Shown: positions 1 through 9,667 of the stretch, in pieces
Numbering within the stretch: position 1 is the stretch's first letter
Layout: the number at the start of each line of letters is the position of its first letter
Source of the DNA: an uncultured Pseudomonadota bacterium
Lineage (GTDB): Bacteria > Oederibacteriota > Muellerivitia > Muellerivitales > Muellerivitaceae
Assembly: GCA_963770835.1 (NCBI GenBank)
Contig: CAVYRH010000004.1
Coordinates: forward strand, 608,001-672,000
Direction of reading: 5' to 3'
DNA length: 64,000 nucleotides
Made by a program: the position numbers and the translations under genes
Notes under the pieces: model-generated
Seen by the model: only the letters and a program-made list of their open reading frames with translations
The model's database searches: none
Told to the model about the DNA's origin: nothing

Positions 1-100
1 CTACGGGCTCGGGATTGTCTAAGAGCCGGTATTGGATGGGAAGCTTTACGGGTAAGCGGGACTGTGTCCGTTTTTCGAGGATGCTGGGTTGGAGGTCCAT
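1..100 (-). CDS. N-terminal fragment of a probable PilZ-domain protein (runs off the left edge)
   Basis: ATG at 100 gives MDLQPSILEKRTQSRLPVKLPIQYRLL, an RxxxR motif followed by a PilZ-like first beta strand. Not in the ORF track. Confidence 0.55.
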   Translation of the reverse strand, partial: MDLQPSILEKRTQSRLPVKLPIQYRLLDNPEPV

Positions 101-241
101 GGTTTTTCTTCTGGGTTTAATTTTTAAAAATCAAAAGTGCAACGCCTTTAATTTCCCACAAAAGGAATTGAAGTTAAAGGGGGAGCGCTAAAAAATTACG
201 TAATTTTAATGCGTGTTATTCTTAAAGCGCAAACCGGAAGA

Positions 242-1414
242 CTAATCCTTCTGGAAAACCACCAGTTTTGTAGGTTTTGAAATAATTTGTAGAGCCCAAG
301 GGCGGGTTAAAACCTGGGCGGTAACGGCGCCGGGGGCCGGGGCTTCCACCTTGTAATGAATCACCAATTGGTCCGGTTTTTCCTCCAGGGTTGCCACGTG
401 GATGGAATAACCGGCGGTCAGCCTCTCCTGGTCCATCAAAACCACCACCGCCTGCGTTGTGAAATCCACCGCGGGTGGGGTTTGCCCCGGTTGGAATTCC
501 TGCCAGTATTTCTCGAAGGTTGCAGCGTCTGTCACAAGCTCCTGCGATTCGGTAGTGGAGGGATTGAGACTCCCACCCCAGAACGTGATGGGCGTTGGGG
601 CGGGATTGGCAGGCGCAGAAGCTGGAGGTGCCGCCGCGACAGCCGTTATATTGGGTACCGAGGAACTGGCAATCGCACCGTTGGTAGTTATGCCCATTTC
701 GGATTTCTGGGTGGCCGACCCGCCGAAGGAAGCTCCCAATGCCACTGTTTGGGAAGAAGGCCCCAAGTTGGCGGCCGGAATATTGGCCTCTTTCGGCACA
801 GCCTTGTCCATGGCTAAGTCGATGTCGGCAGCCCTTTGCGAGGACCGCATTTTCTTGGCGGTGCGAAGAGATAATTCATATTGAACCCCCAAGGGTCGTT
901 TGGTTTTATCGGCCTCAAGAAAGGTCCCGTCCTTGTTTTGTGGCTCTGCGGGGGCATAGTTTTGAAAGTAAGCGTTGGTTTGGGGCTTGGCCGTCTTGGG
1001 CAAGAAGGGCGACTGTTGGCCGGGCGTGGCGGCCTGCTGGGCCACCGGCGCTTGGAGGCGTTTGGTGATTTCGAAATTCATCATGCCGGGGTTTTGAACC
1101 AACAGTATGACTGTCACCATGGCGGCCGCCGCCAAGGCCCCGGCGGGCATTACCCAAAAGGGTCGACGGGGGGAAACCGGCATGGGATGGCCCTGAACCT
1201 TGGCCATGATCCGCTGGTGCAAGTCGTGGGGAGGCTTGGGCTCCGGCAGGGCCACCATGACTTCCCGCAATCGGCGCAGCTCCTCCAGCTCCTTGCGGGC
1301 GTCCGGGCAGTCCTTTAAGTGCGCCTCCACCCGGTTTCTTTCGTGAGATGAAAGAAGCTTGTCCAGGTAGTCGGACAGCAATGGATGTATTTTTTTACAG
1401 TCCTTCATAGCCAT
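242..1414 (-). CDS. Anti-sigma factor: zf-HC2-like N-terminus, TM helix, C-terminal PrcB-like domain
   Basis: LSDYLD..LS..ER..VEAHLKDC N-terminus, hydrophobic span, C-terminal PAVDF...AGYSIHV...AQVLTRPW; overlaps the end of the ECF sigma gene. Confidence 0.8.
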   Translation of the reverse strand: MAMKDCKKIHPLLSDYLDKLLSSHERNRVEAHLKDCPDARKELEELRRLREVMVALPEPKPPHDLHQRIMAKVQGHPMPVSPRRPFWVMPAGALAAAAMVTVILLVQNPGMMNFEITKRLQAPVAQQAATPGQQSPFLPKTAKPQTNAYFQNYAPAEPQNKDGTFLEADKTKRPLGVQYELSLRTAKKMRSSQRAADIDLAMDKAVPKEANIPAANLGPSSQTVALGASFGGSATQKSEMGITTNGAIASSSVPNITAVAAAPPASAPANPAPTPITFWGGSLNPSTTESQELVTDAATFEKYWQEFQPGQTPPAVDFTTQAVVVLMDQERLTAGYSIHVATLEEKPDQLVIHYKVEAPAPGAVTAQVLTRPWALQIISKPTKLVVFQKD

Positions 1415-2100
1415 TCCTTCAATTTATCCCTCAGGATCGCGCGTCCCCGGGCGATTCGCGACTTGACGGTGCCAACGCTTGTTTCAAGCACTTTGGCGAT
1501 CTCCTGGTAATCCAGGTCTTCGATGTCCCTCAGGATGACCGCCTCCCGGTAGTCGGGCGGCAGGTCCTGGAGCGACGATTGGATGGCGGCGTTCAAGTCC
1601 CGGCTTTCGGTTTGGCGGTAGGCCAGGCCGCCACGGTTATCCGCAACCTTGTCCCAGAAGGGTGTTTGGTCCTCCCGGTCCTCGGGTGCCAGGACCTGCA
1701 CCTTTGCCCGGTTCTTCCTCGACCGGATGGCGTTGCGCGAGAGGTTGGCGGTGATGGTGTAAATCCAGGTGGAAAGGGCGCTGTCGCCCCTGAATTTTGA
1801 AAGCGAACGGTGCACCCGAATGAAGACTTCCTGCACCACGTCCAAAGCCCCGGGTTCATCGTTCAGGAAACGGAAAGCCACCCGGTACACCATTCGCTCA
1901 TGGGCCTTGACCAGCCTCTCGAAACCCGGGTCGCCGGAGAGGGCTTCCCGCACCATCGTTTGGTCGGCTTCACGGCTGGAGGCATCCGCACCCCGTGCGG
2001 CGACGGAAAAGAAGACTTCCAACTTCTCCCATGGATAAGACACCCAGGACGGGAAAAGGTTCCCTGAGGAAGGAAAAAAGAAGAGAAAGGAGGTGGACAT
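1405..2100 (-). CDS. ECF (sigma-70 family) RNA polymerase sigma factor
   Basis: Region 2 (DVVQEVFIRVHRSL..FRGDSALSTWIYTI) and region 4 (LDYQEIAKVLETSVGTVKSRIARGR). True start probably downstream of 2100. Confidence 0.93.
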   Translation of the reverse strand: MSTSFLFFFPSSGNLFPSWVSYPWEKLEVFFSVAARGADASSREADQTMVREALSGDPGFERLVKAHERMVYRVAFRFLNDEPGALDVVQEVFIRVHRSLSKFRGDSALSTWIYTITANLSRNAIRSRKNRAKVQVLAPEDREDQTPFWDKVADNRGGLAYRQTESRDLNAAIQSSLQDLPPDYREAVILRDIEDLDYQEIAKVLETSVGTVKSRIARGRAILRDKLKEWL

Positions 2101-2123
2101 GAAGGCAGTTTAACATAAAGAGC

Positions 2124-2201
2124 CAGTCGACAGCCGACAGTCCGCAGTCGGCAGCTAAGCGTTCAAAACGTCGAGAGCTGTTGACTGTGGACCGCCGACT
2201 G
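2124..2201. repeat. Inverted heptamer-repeat hairpin (CAGTCGA-type)
   Basis: cagtcga cagccga cagtccg cagtcgg cagct ... agctg ttgactg tggaccg ccgactg. Confidence 0.7.
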
Positions 2202-3236
2202 TTAACTGGTTCTCGATTCTTGTGGGACCACTTTCACCGCTAGCTTCTCCGACTTGCGGATGACCGACAGGCCGGATTCAACGCCTACTTTTTCATCCGT
2301 TAAAAGCCGGTGCAGGTCATCCATGCCCTCGACGGGCTGGCCCTCGAAACCCACGATAACGTCGCCATTCCGCAGGCCCGCCCTTTGGGCCGGGCCGGTT
2401 TCCTCGACTGCCACGATCAGGACGCCCTTCTCCACAGGCAGTTCGAAATAACGGACGATGTTGCGCGGGATGTCGATGTTCTGGCCGCCGATGCCGATGA
2501 AACTGCGGCGCACCCGGCCGTATTTCATGAGCTGCATGGCCACCCGTTTGGCCGTGTCCACGGCGATGGCAAAGCACAAGCCCTGGGCGGCCATGATGGT
2601 GGCGGTATTGACGCCCACTACCTCGCCCCGGGAATTCACCAATGGCCCCCCGGAGTTGCCCGGGTTCAAGGCCGCGTCGGTCTGGATGATGTTGTCGATC
2701 AAGCGGCCCGATTGGGACCGGAGGGACCGACCCAAGGCCGAAACCACGCCGGCCGTGACGGTGGTCTGGAATCCTAGGGGGCTTCCGATGGCGACCACCA
2801 GTTGGCCCACCCGAAGTTGCTGGGAAACACCCAGGCCGGCGGGCTTGAACCCCGAGGCGTCGACGCGGATTACCGCGAGGTCCGAGTCTGGGTCCTCGCC
2901 GATCAGGCGAGCCTTGTGGGACTGGCCGTCCAGGAGAGTCACTTCCATTTCCTTGGCGCTATGTACCACGTGACTGTTGGTCAAAATGAAGCCGTCGGGC
3001 GTGAAGAGAAACCCTGACCCGCTGCCCGCTTTATGAATGGAACTGTCCTGTTCCCTCCAGCGGCGGCCCTTTTGGAAGACGTCAATGTTGACCACCGAGG
3101 GGCTGACCTTCTCGGAGGCGTAAATGACCGCGCTGGAATAGGCGTCCAACAAGCCCTCGTTCTCATACGGAACCAGGTTCCGCGAGGGGGATTCGGCCGG
3201 CAGGTTTTCACTTGAAAGGTATTGAAGAGGATTCAT
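2202..3236 (-). CDS. HtrA/DegP-family serine protease with PDZ domain
   Basis: TNSHVV, DLAVI, QTDAALNPGNSGGPL catalytic motifs; C-terminal PDZ. Confidence 0.95.
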   Translation of the reverse strand: MNPLQYLSSENLPAESPSRNLVPYENEGLLDAYSSAVIYASEKVSPSVVNIDVFQKGRRWREQDSSIHKAGSGSGFLFTPDGFILTNSHVVHSAKEMEVTLLDGQSHKARLIGEDPDSDLAVIRVDASGFKPAGLGVSQQLRVGQLVVAIGSPLGFQTTVTAGVVSALGRSLRSQSGRLIDNIIQTDAALNPGNSGGPLVNSRGEVVGVNTATIMAAQGLCFAIAVDTAKRVAMQLMKYGRVRRSFIGIGGQNIDIPRNIVRYFELPVEKGVLIVAVEETGPAQRAGLRNGDVIVGFEGQPVEGMDDLHRLLTDEKVGVESGLSVIRKSEKLAVKVVPQESRTS

Positions 3237-3307
3237 TTCCGCCTCCTTGTTCCCCTAACAATAGGAAGGATCGATGTTAAATCCAGCGGGCTGCCGCTGA
3301 AGCCAAG

Positions 3308-4165
3308 TTATCCCTTAAAAGCCGGGGCGTAATCCTTTAGAAACTGATCCACCGTGTTGGGTTTCTTCTTGGCCACCTTTTCCACAACATCGGTGGTGGC
3401 GGCTCCATGGCCTGCCGCGAAAACCTCGCCCAGCTTGGCCAGGTCACCCGCCAGCCAATTGGGAACGCCCATGGCGGTCATGGATTGAACCAGTCCCGCG
3501 GAAGGAACGTCCACATAATTCACTTTCTTGCCCGTGACGGCCGAAAGCTTTTCCGCTACCTGGGCATAATCCACCGCCTCGCCGCCCGTGATGACATAAA
3601 CTTTTCCCTCGTGCCCCGGTTCGGTCAGGGCCGCCACGGCCACCGCCGCGATATCCCGCGCATCCACCATGGCCACCTTGCCGTCCTTGAAGTTGCCGTA
3701 AATAGCGCCCTGCGCCTTTACTCCTCCGGCCTGGTTCAAAAGGTTTTGCATAAAGGAGTGGGGTTGGAGGATGGTCCAGGAAAGGCCTGATTTCTTGAGG
3801 TGTTCCTCGCTCCGGGCGTGGTTGCGGGCCAAAGTCAGGGGGGAATCGACGCTTACGCCCACTGCCGAAAGGAGAACGACATGCTGGACTCCGGCCCTTT
3901 TCGCCAAGTCCACGATGGCCATTTCCTGGTCCGCCTGCTGGGGGCTGGCGGGGGTGAGCAGGAAAATTTTTTCCACACCCTTTAAGGCGGGTTCAATGGT
4001 GTTCAGCTTTGTGACGTCCCCTTGGGCCGTTTCAAAGCCCAACTTCTTGACTTCGGCTTCCTTTTGGGCGCTACGGACCAAAACCCGAGCCTTCGCTTTC
4101 TTGTCCGCCAATAATTTCACCACCGCGCCGCCCACCGTTCCCGTACCGCCGATCACCAAAATCAT
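3308..4165 (-). CDS. NmrA-like SDR NAD(P)-binding oxidoreductase
   Basis: MILVIGGTGTVGG Rossmann motif; AAGGAG RBS before ATG 4165; VDARDIA motif. Confidence 0.9.
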   Translation of the reverse strand: MILVIGGTGTVGGAVVKLLADKKAKARVLVRSAQKEAEVKKLGFETAQGDVTKLNTIEPALKGVEKIFLLTPASPQQADQEMAIVDLAKRAGVQHVVLLSAVGVSVDSPLTLARNHARSEEHLKKSGLSWTILQPHSFMQNLLNQAGGVKAQGAIYGNFKDGKVAMVDARDIAAVAVAALTEPGHEGKVYVITGGEAVDYAQVAEKLSAVTGKKVNYVDVPSAGLVQSMTAMGVPNWLAGDLAKLGEVFAAGHGAATTDVVEKVAKKKPNTVDQFLKDYAPAFKG

Positions 4166-4335
4166 TTGCCGCTCCTTGTACCGTTGTAAAAACGCCTTAT
4201 CTTTGGGGTCTTCCCGGCGGATTATCAAGGGAGGGAAGGCCTTTTTTTGAGGGCCTCCTGGTATGAAGAGTCTTCCGGGAAGGCGCCAAAGAAATGTTGC
4301 ATCACCTATCGAAGGCGGTTACCGTATGAATCCTT

Positions 4336-5082
4336 ATGGCAACGGCCTTCCTTTACATGATCTTAAGCGTAGCAGTGGTCAGCCTGCTTTCCCTGATCGG
4401 CATCTCCCTTTTCGCCCTCAGCCACGAATCCTTCCATAAGATCGTCTTCGGCCTGGTGGCCCTGGCCGTGGGCGCCCTTTTTGGCGACGCCTTCCTCCAT
4501 TTGCTGGCTGAAGCCTATGCGGACAGGGCCCATTCCGCCGAAACCTCCCTTTTTGTGATCGCAGGCATTCTCCTCTTTTTCGTCCTGGAGAATTTCCTGC
4601 ACTGGCGCCACCAGCACTCGGATGAACATAACGAAATCCAGCCTTATGGCTACCTGAATATCCTGGCCGATATGACCCACAATTTCATTGATGGGCTGAT
4701 CATCGGGGCTTCCTACCTCGTGAGTGTGAAAATGGGCATCGCCACCTCGCTGGCGGTGATGCTCCACGAAATCCCCCATGAATTCAGCAATTTCGGCATC
4801 CTGGTGAAATCCGGGTTCAGCCGTTGGAGGGCCCTGTTCATTAATTTCCTCACGGGGGTCATGGCGCTCATAGGCGGCCTCATCGCCTGGTGGGTGGGTG
4901 GAAGGCTGGAGGGGTTCATCCAAATCCTCATCCCCCTAACAGCCGGTGGTTTCATTTACATCGCGGGGTCCGACCTGGTGCCGCAACTCCACAAGGACGT
5001 GAAAACTTTCCGCGCTCTTTTCCAGTTCCTTGCCATCCTGGCGGGAGTGGGATTGATGTTGCTGTTGAAAGTCCTGGAATAA
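4336..5082 (+). CDS. ZIP-family metal transporter
   Basis: HNFIDG, HEIPHE motifs, His-rich loop, multiple TM helices. Confidence 0.93.
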   Translation: MATAFLYMILSVAVVSLLSLIGISLFALSHESFHKIVFGLVALAVGALFGDAFLHLLAEAYADRAHSAETSLFVIAGILLFFVLENFLHWRHQHSDEHNEIQPYGYLNILADMTHNFIDGLIIGASYLVSVKMGIATSLAVMLHEIPHEFSNFGILVKSGFSRWRALFINFLTGVMALIGGLIAWWVGGRLEGFIQILIPLTAGGFIYIAGSDLVPQLHKDVKTFRALFQFLAILAGVGLMLLLKVLE

Positions 5083-5401
5083 TTTTCAAATTTACCCTAG
5101 ATGAAATCGAGGCGTGGAAGATGTGTTTCATAGAAGTAACGGATTTTTTCAGGACGCATAAAACAAGCCAAGGTTCCTGGCTCCCGTTTAACCCTGGTGA
5201 TGATTCAGTTTTTTTGATCGTGAATAAATTAGGCCCCCACTCTTAATCGCGATAAAATGACCCCATTCAAATTAGTTTTTCATCGCCTACCGATTTAACC
5301 GGGAAATGTCTTTGCCGGTTATTTAAGAAACAAACCCGTACTTCCCATTTCAGCAAAGCTTCGGCATCTCACCCTTATCTCTTTTTTGGCAGGAGGCGCA
5401 G

Positions 5402-5674
5402 ATGGAGATTGAAAAAAAGGTTAAGATTCTCAACCGCTTGGGGCTTCACTTAAGGGCCGCCGCACAGTTCGTTAAGACATCCTGCAAGTTCAAATGCCGG
5501 GTCCTGGTCAAGAGCCACTTGGGACCCGTGGACGGCAAAAGCCTGCTTAACCTGATGACCCTGGCGGCCAGTTATGGCTCGGAGCTCACCCTCGTTTTCC
5601 AGGGGGAGGATGCCCGGGACGCCAGTTTGGAGATTCAAAACCTCTTTTTGAACAAGTTTGGCGAAAAAGACTAA
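5402..5674 (+). CDS. ptsH: HPr phosphocarrier protein
   Basis: GLHLRAA (His15 site) and DGKSLLNLMTL (Ser46 site). Confidence 0.92.
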   Translation: MEIEKKVKILNRLGLHLRAAAQFVKTSCKFKCRVLVKSHLGPVDGKSLLNLMTLAASYGSELTLVFQGEDARDASLEIQNLFLNKFGEKD

Positions 5675-5705
5675 ACTCCCGGCCGGTTTAATTTCACTGT
5701 TTTCT

Positions 5706-5736
5706 AAACCCTCCCCACCTGGGGAGGGTTTTTTTA
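5706..5736 (+). terminator. Intrinsic terminator
   Basis: aaaccctcccc-acct-ggggagggttt followed by a T-run. Confidence 0.8.
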
Positions 5737-5800
5737 TTTGGGAACCTTTTCCGGCCCCCGGTGTCTTAATGGACAAGACGACTAAAACCGGAGGTGTTTT

Positions 5801-7498
5801 ATGCAAGCCTTATCCAGCCGATTCATCCGCAGGTGCGCCGGAATGGCGGCCTTTATCCTAATCTTGGGAGGCGCTCCCAAGGCACATGGGGAGGAAACCG
5901 TCCTGACCCATCCCCGGGAAGTCACGGTTTTTCCCGACAGCGCCCGGGTGACCCGGGAAGGCGCCCTCCTCCTCAGCGCGGGAAGCCACCAGGTGGTTTT
6001 TCCCGACCTTCCGGCCTCCGTTATTGAATCCTCCCTGCGCCTGACCGTGGAAGGCCCGGAAGGCACCAAACTTTACGGGGTGTCCCTGCGCAAGGACTAC
6101 CGGCCGGAAATCGCCGAGAAGCGCACCCGCCAGCTCAAGGCCCGGCTACAGGGCCTCCAGGACCAGGCCGCCGACCTGGACGACCGGATGGAAGCCCGGA
6201 AAAACGAGATCGAACTTCTCAAGGGCTTGGCCAAGGAAAGCGGCAAAATCGCGGCCTCCCATATGGGCGCTATCCCGGACTTCACCCATTCGGCCGACTC
6301 CGTCGAGGGCCGGATCGGGACGCTCCTGGCCTCCAACCGCAAGGACGAGCGCCGGGAGAGGGGCCTGAAGCTCGAAATTGATGCCTTGAACCGCAAATTG
6401 TCCGAGGGCGGGTCGACCGAGAGGGAAAAACAAACGGCGGAAGCCGATATTGAACTGCCCCAAGAGGGAACGGCAAGTTTTACCCTGACCTACCAGGTTT
6501 CCGACGCTTCCTGGACCCCGATGTACGACCTTCGGCTCTCCACGGAGGGTGTGAAACCCCAAATGGACCTGGCCTTCAACGCCCAAGTGCGGCAGAAGAC
6601 GGGGGAGGATTGGAAGGGAGTAATCCTGACCCTTTCCACCTCGCGGCCCAACGAAGGCACCCAGGTACCCGACCCGACCGATTGGTGGCTGGATTTCATC
6701 ACTGAACAGGCCAAAACCATTACGAGGTCCTTTGGAATGGCCAATTACGCCATGCCGCAAGCCGCTATGGCACGGCTTGGAGCAGTGGATTTATATGCTA
6801 AAAAGAATATCGATAAAGAGGAGGATGCGCCTCCCGCTCCCGCCGAAGTGGTGACCGCCCAAACGCTCCAGGCGCCCTATGCCATGTCCTTCGCCATTCC
6901 CTTGCACCGGGACATTCCCTCGGATGGCACGGATCACCGGGTGGGTGTGGCCCAGGATTCCCAGCCGGTGGACCTTAAACTAGTGGCGGTACCGCGCCTT
7001 TCCCAAGCCGCCTATTTGGAGGCCCATATTACATACAGCGGCGAGCAGGCTCTATTGCCGGGGGCGGCCCAATTGTTCCGGGATGGGGATTTCGTGGGCA
7101 CGGCGGACCTGGAAGCCAAATCTCCCGGGGAAGCTTTTGACCTGGGCTTCGGCCAGGACGACGCCGTCCGGGTAGAGCGAAAGATGGTGGACGAGACCAC
7201 TGGTAAGGGAGGCTTTCTTTCCGGCAATGGCGAACGGCAGTACCACTGGGTGACGACTTTAACCAATTACCACCAGGGCCTTCGCACCGTGGAAGTGCGG
7301 GAACAACTGCCGCGCTCCAGGGAAAAGGAGATAACGGTGGAAGCAACCCAAATCGCCCCGAAACCGCAGCTCGAAGATCCTGAAAAACCCGGCTTGGTTT
7401 GTTGGGAACTCCATTTGAAGCCCAAGGAAAAAACCAAGCTGACTTTTGCTTACAAAGTCGATTTCCCGGAAAAGGACCAAGTGACGGGGTTGGAATAA
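5801..7498 (+). CDS. DUF4140/DUF4139 (MuiA-like) exported protein
   Basis: Signal peptide, VTVFPDSARVTR, coiled coil, ASWTPMYD, QKTGEDW, LGFGQD motifs. Confidence 0.88.
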   Translation: MQALSSRFIRRCAGMAAFILILGGAPKAHGEETVLTHPREVTVFPDSARVTREGALLLSAGSHQVVFPDLPASVIESSLRLTVEGPEGTKLYGVSLRKDYRPEIAEKRTRQLKARLQGLQDQAADLDDRMEARKNEIELLKGLAKESGKIAASHMGAIPDFTHSADSVEGRIGTLLASNRKDERRERGLKLEIDALNRKLSEGGSTEREKQTAEADIELPQEGTASFTLTYQVSDASWTPMYDLRLSTEGVKPQMDLAFNAQVRQKTGEDWKGVILTLSTSRPNEGTQVPDPTDWWLDFITEQAKTITRSFGMANYAMPQAAMARLGAVDLYAKKNIDKEEDAPPAPAEVVTAQTLQAPYAMSFAIPLHRDIPSDGTDHRVGVAQDSQPVDLKLVAVPRLSQAAYLEAHITYSGEQALLPGAAQLFRDGDFVGTADLEAKSPGEAFDLGFGQDDAVRVERKMVDETTGKGGFLSGNGERQYHWVTTLTNYHQGLRTVEVREQLPRSREKEITVEATQIAPKPQLEDPEKPGLVCWELHLKPKEKTKLTFAYKVDFPEKDQVTGLE

Positions 7499-7512
7499 CG
7501 GCAGAAGGCCAC

Positions 7513-7554
7513 AAACGAAAAAGGCCGGGGATTTTTCCCCGGCCTTTTTCGTTT
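7513..7554. terminator. Bidirectional intrinsic terminator
   Basis: aaacgaaaaaggccgggga...tccccggcctttttcgttt between convergent genes. Confidence 0.8.
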
Positions 7555-7568
7555 AAAAGTGAAAAGTC

Positions 7569-7940
7569 TCAAACAACGTCGGGAACGGCGCCCGGCAAGC
7601 CCACCTGGGAAAGCTCGGCCTTTACGAAGTAATAGGCATTCGCCGCCGGGTTGGGGAGACCGCCCGCAGGCGGTGCTTGGGAATCCATGGCGATCTGGGC
7701 CTGCTCCATCATTCCGTCCAGCAAATCCAGTTTTTGCAGGAACTCCTCATTGCTTTGCTGGGCCATTATTTCGGCTTGCGAAAGTCCGGGGTTGGAGGAT
7801 TGGGGAAGGTTCGGGGTCAGCAGGTCATTCATCAGGTCCGCGAAAGAGGCCGCCAAGGGGTCGCCCGAGGCGGAGAGAAGGTCGGCGGTCTGGTCCCCCA
7901 AGGGGGAAGCGGCGCTATTAACGGGTGAAATCGAATCCAC
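7569..7940 (-). CDS. Hypothetical acidic protein
   Basis: GTG-start ORF ending at the shared terminator; no recognisable motif. Confidence 0.5.
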   Translation of the reverse strand: MDSISPVNSAASPLGDQTADLLSASGDPLAASFADLMNDLLTPNLPQSSNPGLSQAEIMAQQSNEEFLQKLDLLDGMMEQAQIAMDSQAPPAGGLPNPAANAYYFVKAELSQVGLPGAVPDVV

Positions 7941-8019
7941 GGCTAAATCCTTTGGTTCGTCCTGGCTTACCTAACGGCCGAATCCAGCAAACCTTTAATG
8001 GCTCCCTTTTTCCGGAATG

Positions 8020-9297
8020 TTAAACCTTGGGCAAATTCAGGTCCGCGCAGAGGATTTGAAAGCCATTTCCCGAAGGGTTGTTGATGCATTTGGCCACCGT
8101 GATACAAAGATGCCCCGAGTTCATCGACAGGTAAGGCTCAGTCACGACGCGGTCCACATCGGGCGCCATGGCATAAAAGTACTCCTTCAAGGAATGGTCC
8201 GAACCGGGGGAAGAGGGCTCAAAGAGGAACCGCTTGCGCTCCGGGATATGGTACTCGCTCAAAGCCACGTTCCCGACCTGGCGGCCCAGGGGGTTCAACC
8301 GGTAAAGGCACTCCAGCGCCGGAACCTGGCGGAAGAGGAAAGGAGCCTTCGATTCCAGGTTCGAAAGGGGTTCCTTGTCGAAGCAGGCGGAAAGAAACTC
8401 GCCGATCCTCTCGCATTTTTTCCGCAGTTCCCTATCCTTTTGGGCCTGGCGGTTCAACCGGCGCCGGAACCGCGCCGAGAGGAACATCATACGGGCCTTG
8501 CGGCCCAGCGTGAGCACCAGGCTCTCCTTGTAGTTCCTCGAGAAATAACTTCCCTGGAGCAGGTCAGCGCCCAATTCCAGGGCGGCCAGGGAATCCTCCT
8601 CGTTGTCCAGGTTTCCCGCCACCACCACAACGCCCAGACCGTGGGCCAGTTTCAAGATCTTCCGGAAATCCGACTGCTTTTCCCGGCTGCGAGCCAGCCC
8701 CTTCACCAGGCTGTCGTCGAGTTTGACCAGGTCGGGGTTGAGTTCCAGGACCGATTTCATCCGGTCGGCCCCGGCATGGATGTCCTTCAGGCAAACCAGC
8801 AGGCGGTTCCGCCGTTGGATTTGGATGAACTTGTCCACCTGCGCCGGATTCCATTTTCCCGAAAGGGGGATCTGGACCACCAACCGCCGGGGCTCCAGAC
8901 CGAACTCCTCGATTTGTTTTACCAGGTGGCCCGAACCCACGATGTTTTCCTCCAGCACCGAGGGTTCGATATCCAGAAAGAGGAGCAAGCGGGGTTTTTG
9001 GGTTTGGAAGGCCGAGAAGGCTTCCAGTCCCTTCTGGCGGAAAAGGCGGTCCAGGCCGAGCTTGAGGTAAAAATCCTCCTCCCCCATGTTGCGGAAAAGA
9101 TCCTGGGGCTCGATCATGTCCAGGTTATCCGGATCCAATGCGCGGCTGACAACCTCGAGGCCCAGGATGCCCCGGCGGTGGACCGAGACGACGGGCTCAA
9201 AGAAAGCCGCAGCGCTGTTTTTCTCCAGGATATAAAAAGGATGGTTGGAATAAAGCGAAGAGACGGACGGCGTTTCCAAAGTGTGAGTGTTGGACAT
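8020..9297 (-). CDS. Degenerate EAL-domain protein with C-terminal Cache/PDC-like domain (YkuI-like architecture)
   Basis: FEPVVS..GLEVVSR, PDLVKLD, LLQGSYF; C-terminal DHSLKEYF..TEPYLS; GGAG RBS before 9297. Confidence 0.8.
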   Translation of the reverse strand: MSNTHTLETPSVSSLYSNHPFYILEKNSAAAFFEPVVSVHRRGILGLEVVSRALDPDNLDMIEPQDLFRNMGEEDFYLKLGLDRLFRQKGLEAFSAFQTQKPRLLLFLDIEPSVLEENIVGSGHLVKQIEEFGLEPRRLVVQIPLSGKWNPAQVDKFIQIQRRNRLLVCLKDIHAGADRMKSVLELNPDLVKLDDSLVKGLARSREKQSDFRKILKLAHGLGVVVVAGNLDNEEDSLAALELGADLLQGSYFSRNYKESLVLTLGRKARMMFLSARFRRRLNRQAQKDRELRKKCERIGEFLSACFDKEPLSNLESKAPFLFRQVPALECLYRLNPLGRQVGNVALSEYHIPERKRFLFEPSSPGSDHSLKEYFYAMAPDVDRVVTEPYLSMNSGHLCITVAKCINNPSGNGFQILCADLNLPKV

Positions 9298-9667
9298 AGC
9301 GTTCTCCTTTTCTTCCCTTTGCTTCTGCAACGGGCGTGCCACCCGGAAAAAGCGGTTTTTCGGGGTTAAGAAACTGATAGTCACACAGTTTTGTAGACGA
9401 AGGGGAAACCGGGAAGATTTCGGAAATTTCACGGGAATGTAATAAAAACGATTGGGGGAAAGCAACTATGACGTCGAAACAAAATTAAAAAATGAATCCC
9501 AAGCGATTGTCGCGGTCATTCCGGCGAAAAACGATTCCACCTCGGGTGCTTTGCCCCCTGGTGGAAATCCACATTTTTGGGAGAGGAATGAATCCTTCGA
9601 TTGGGTCAATTTTTATTCTTTTTTTGAAAAGAAGACGGGTTAGGGGCAGTTTTGGAAAATGTAGAGG

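Noticed and set aside
5256..5271. AATGA-N6-TCAAA sites at 5256 and 34947 as regulon members
   Set aside because: Two mismatches each and no convincing -10 hexamer at the expected spacing.
8017..9369. 450-aa plus-strand ORF and other long antisense ORFs (e.g. 49666-50772, 12250-13062)
   Set aside because: Shadow frames opposite clearly recognisable genes in GC-rich DNA.
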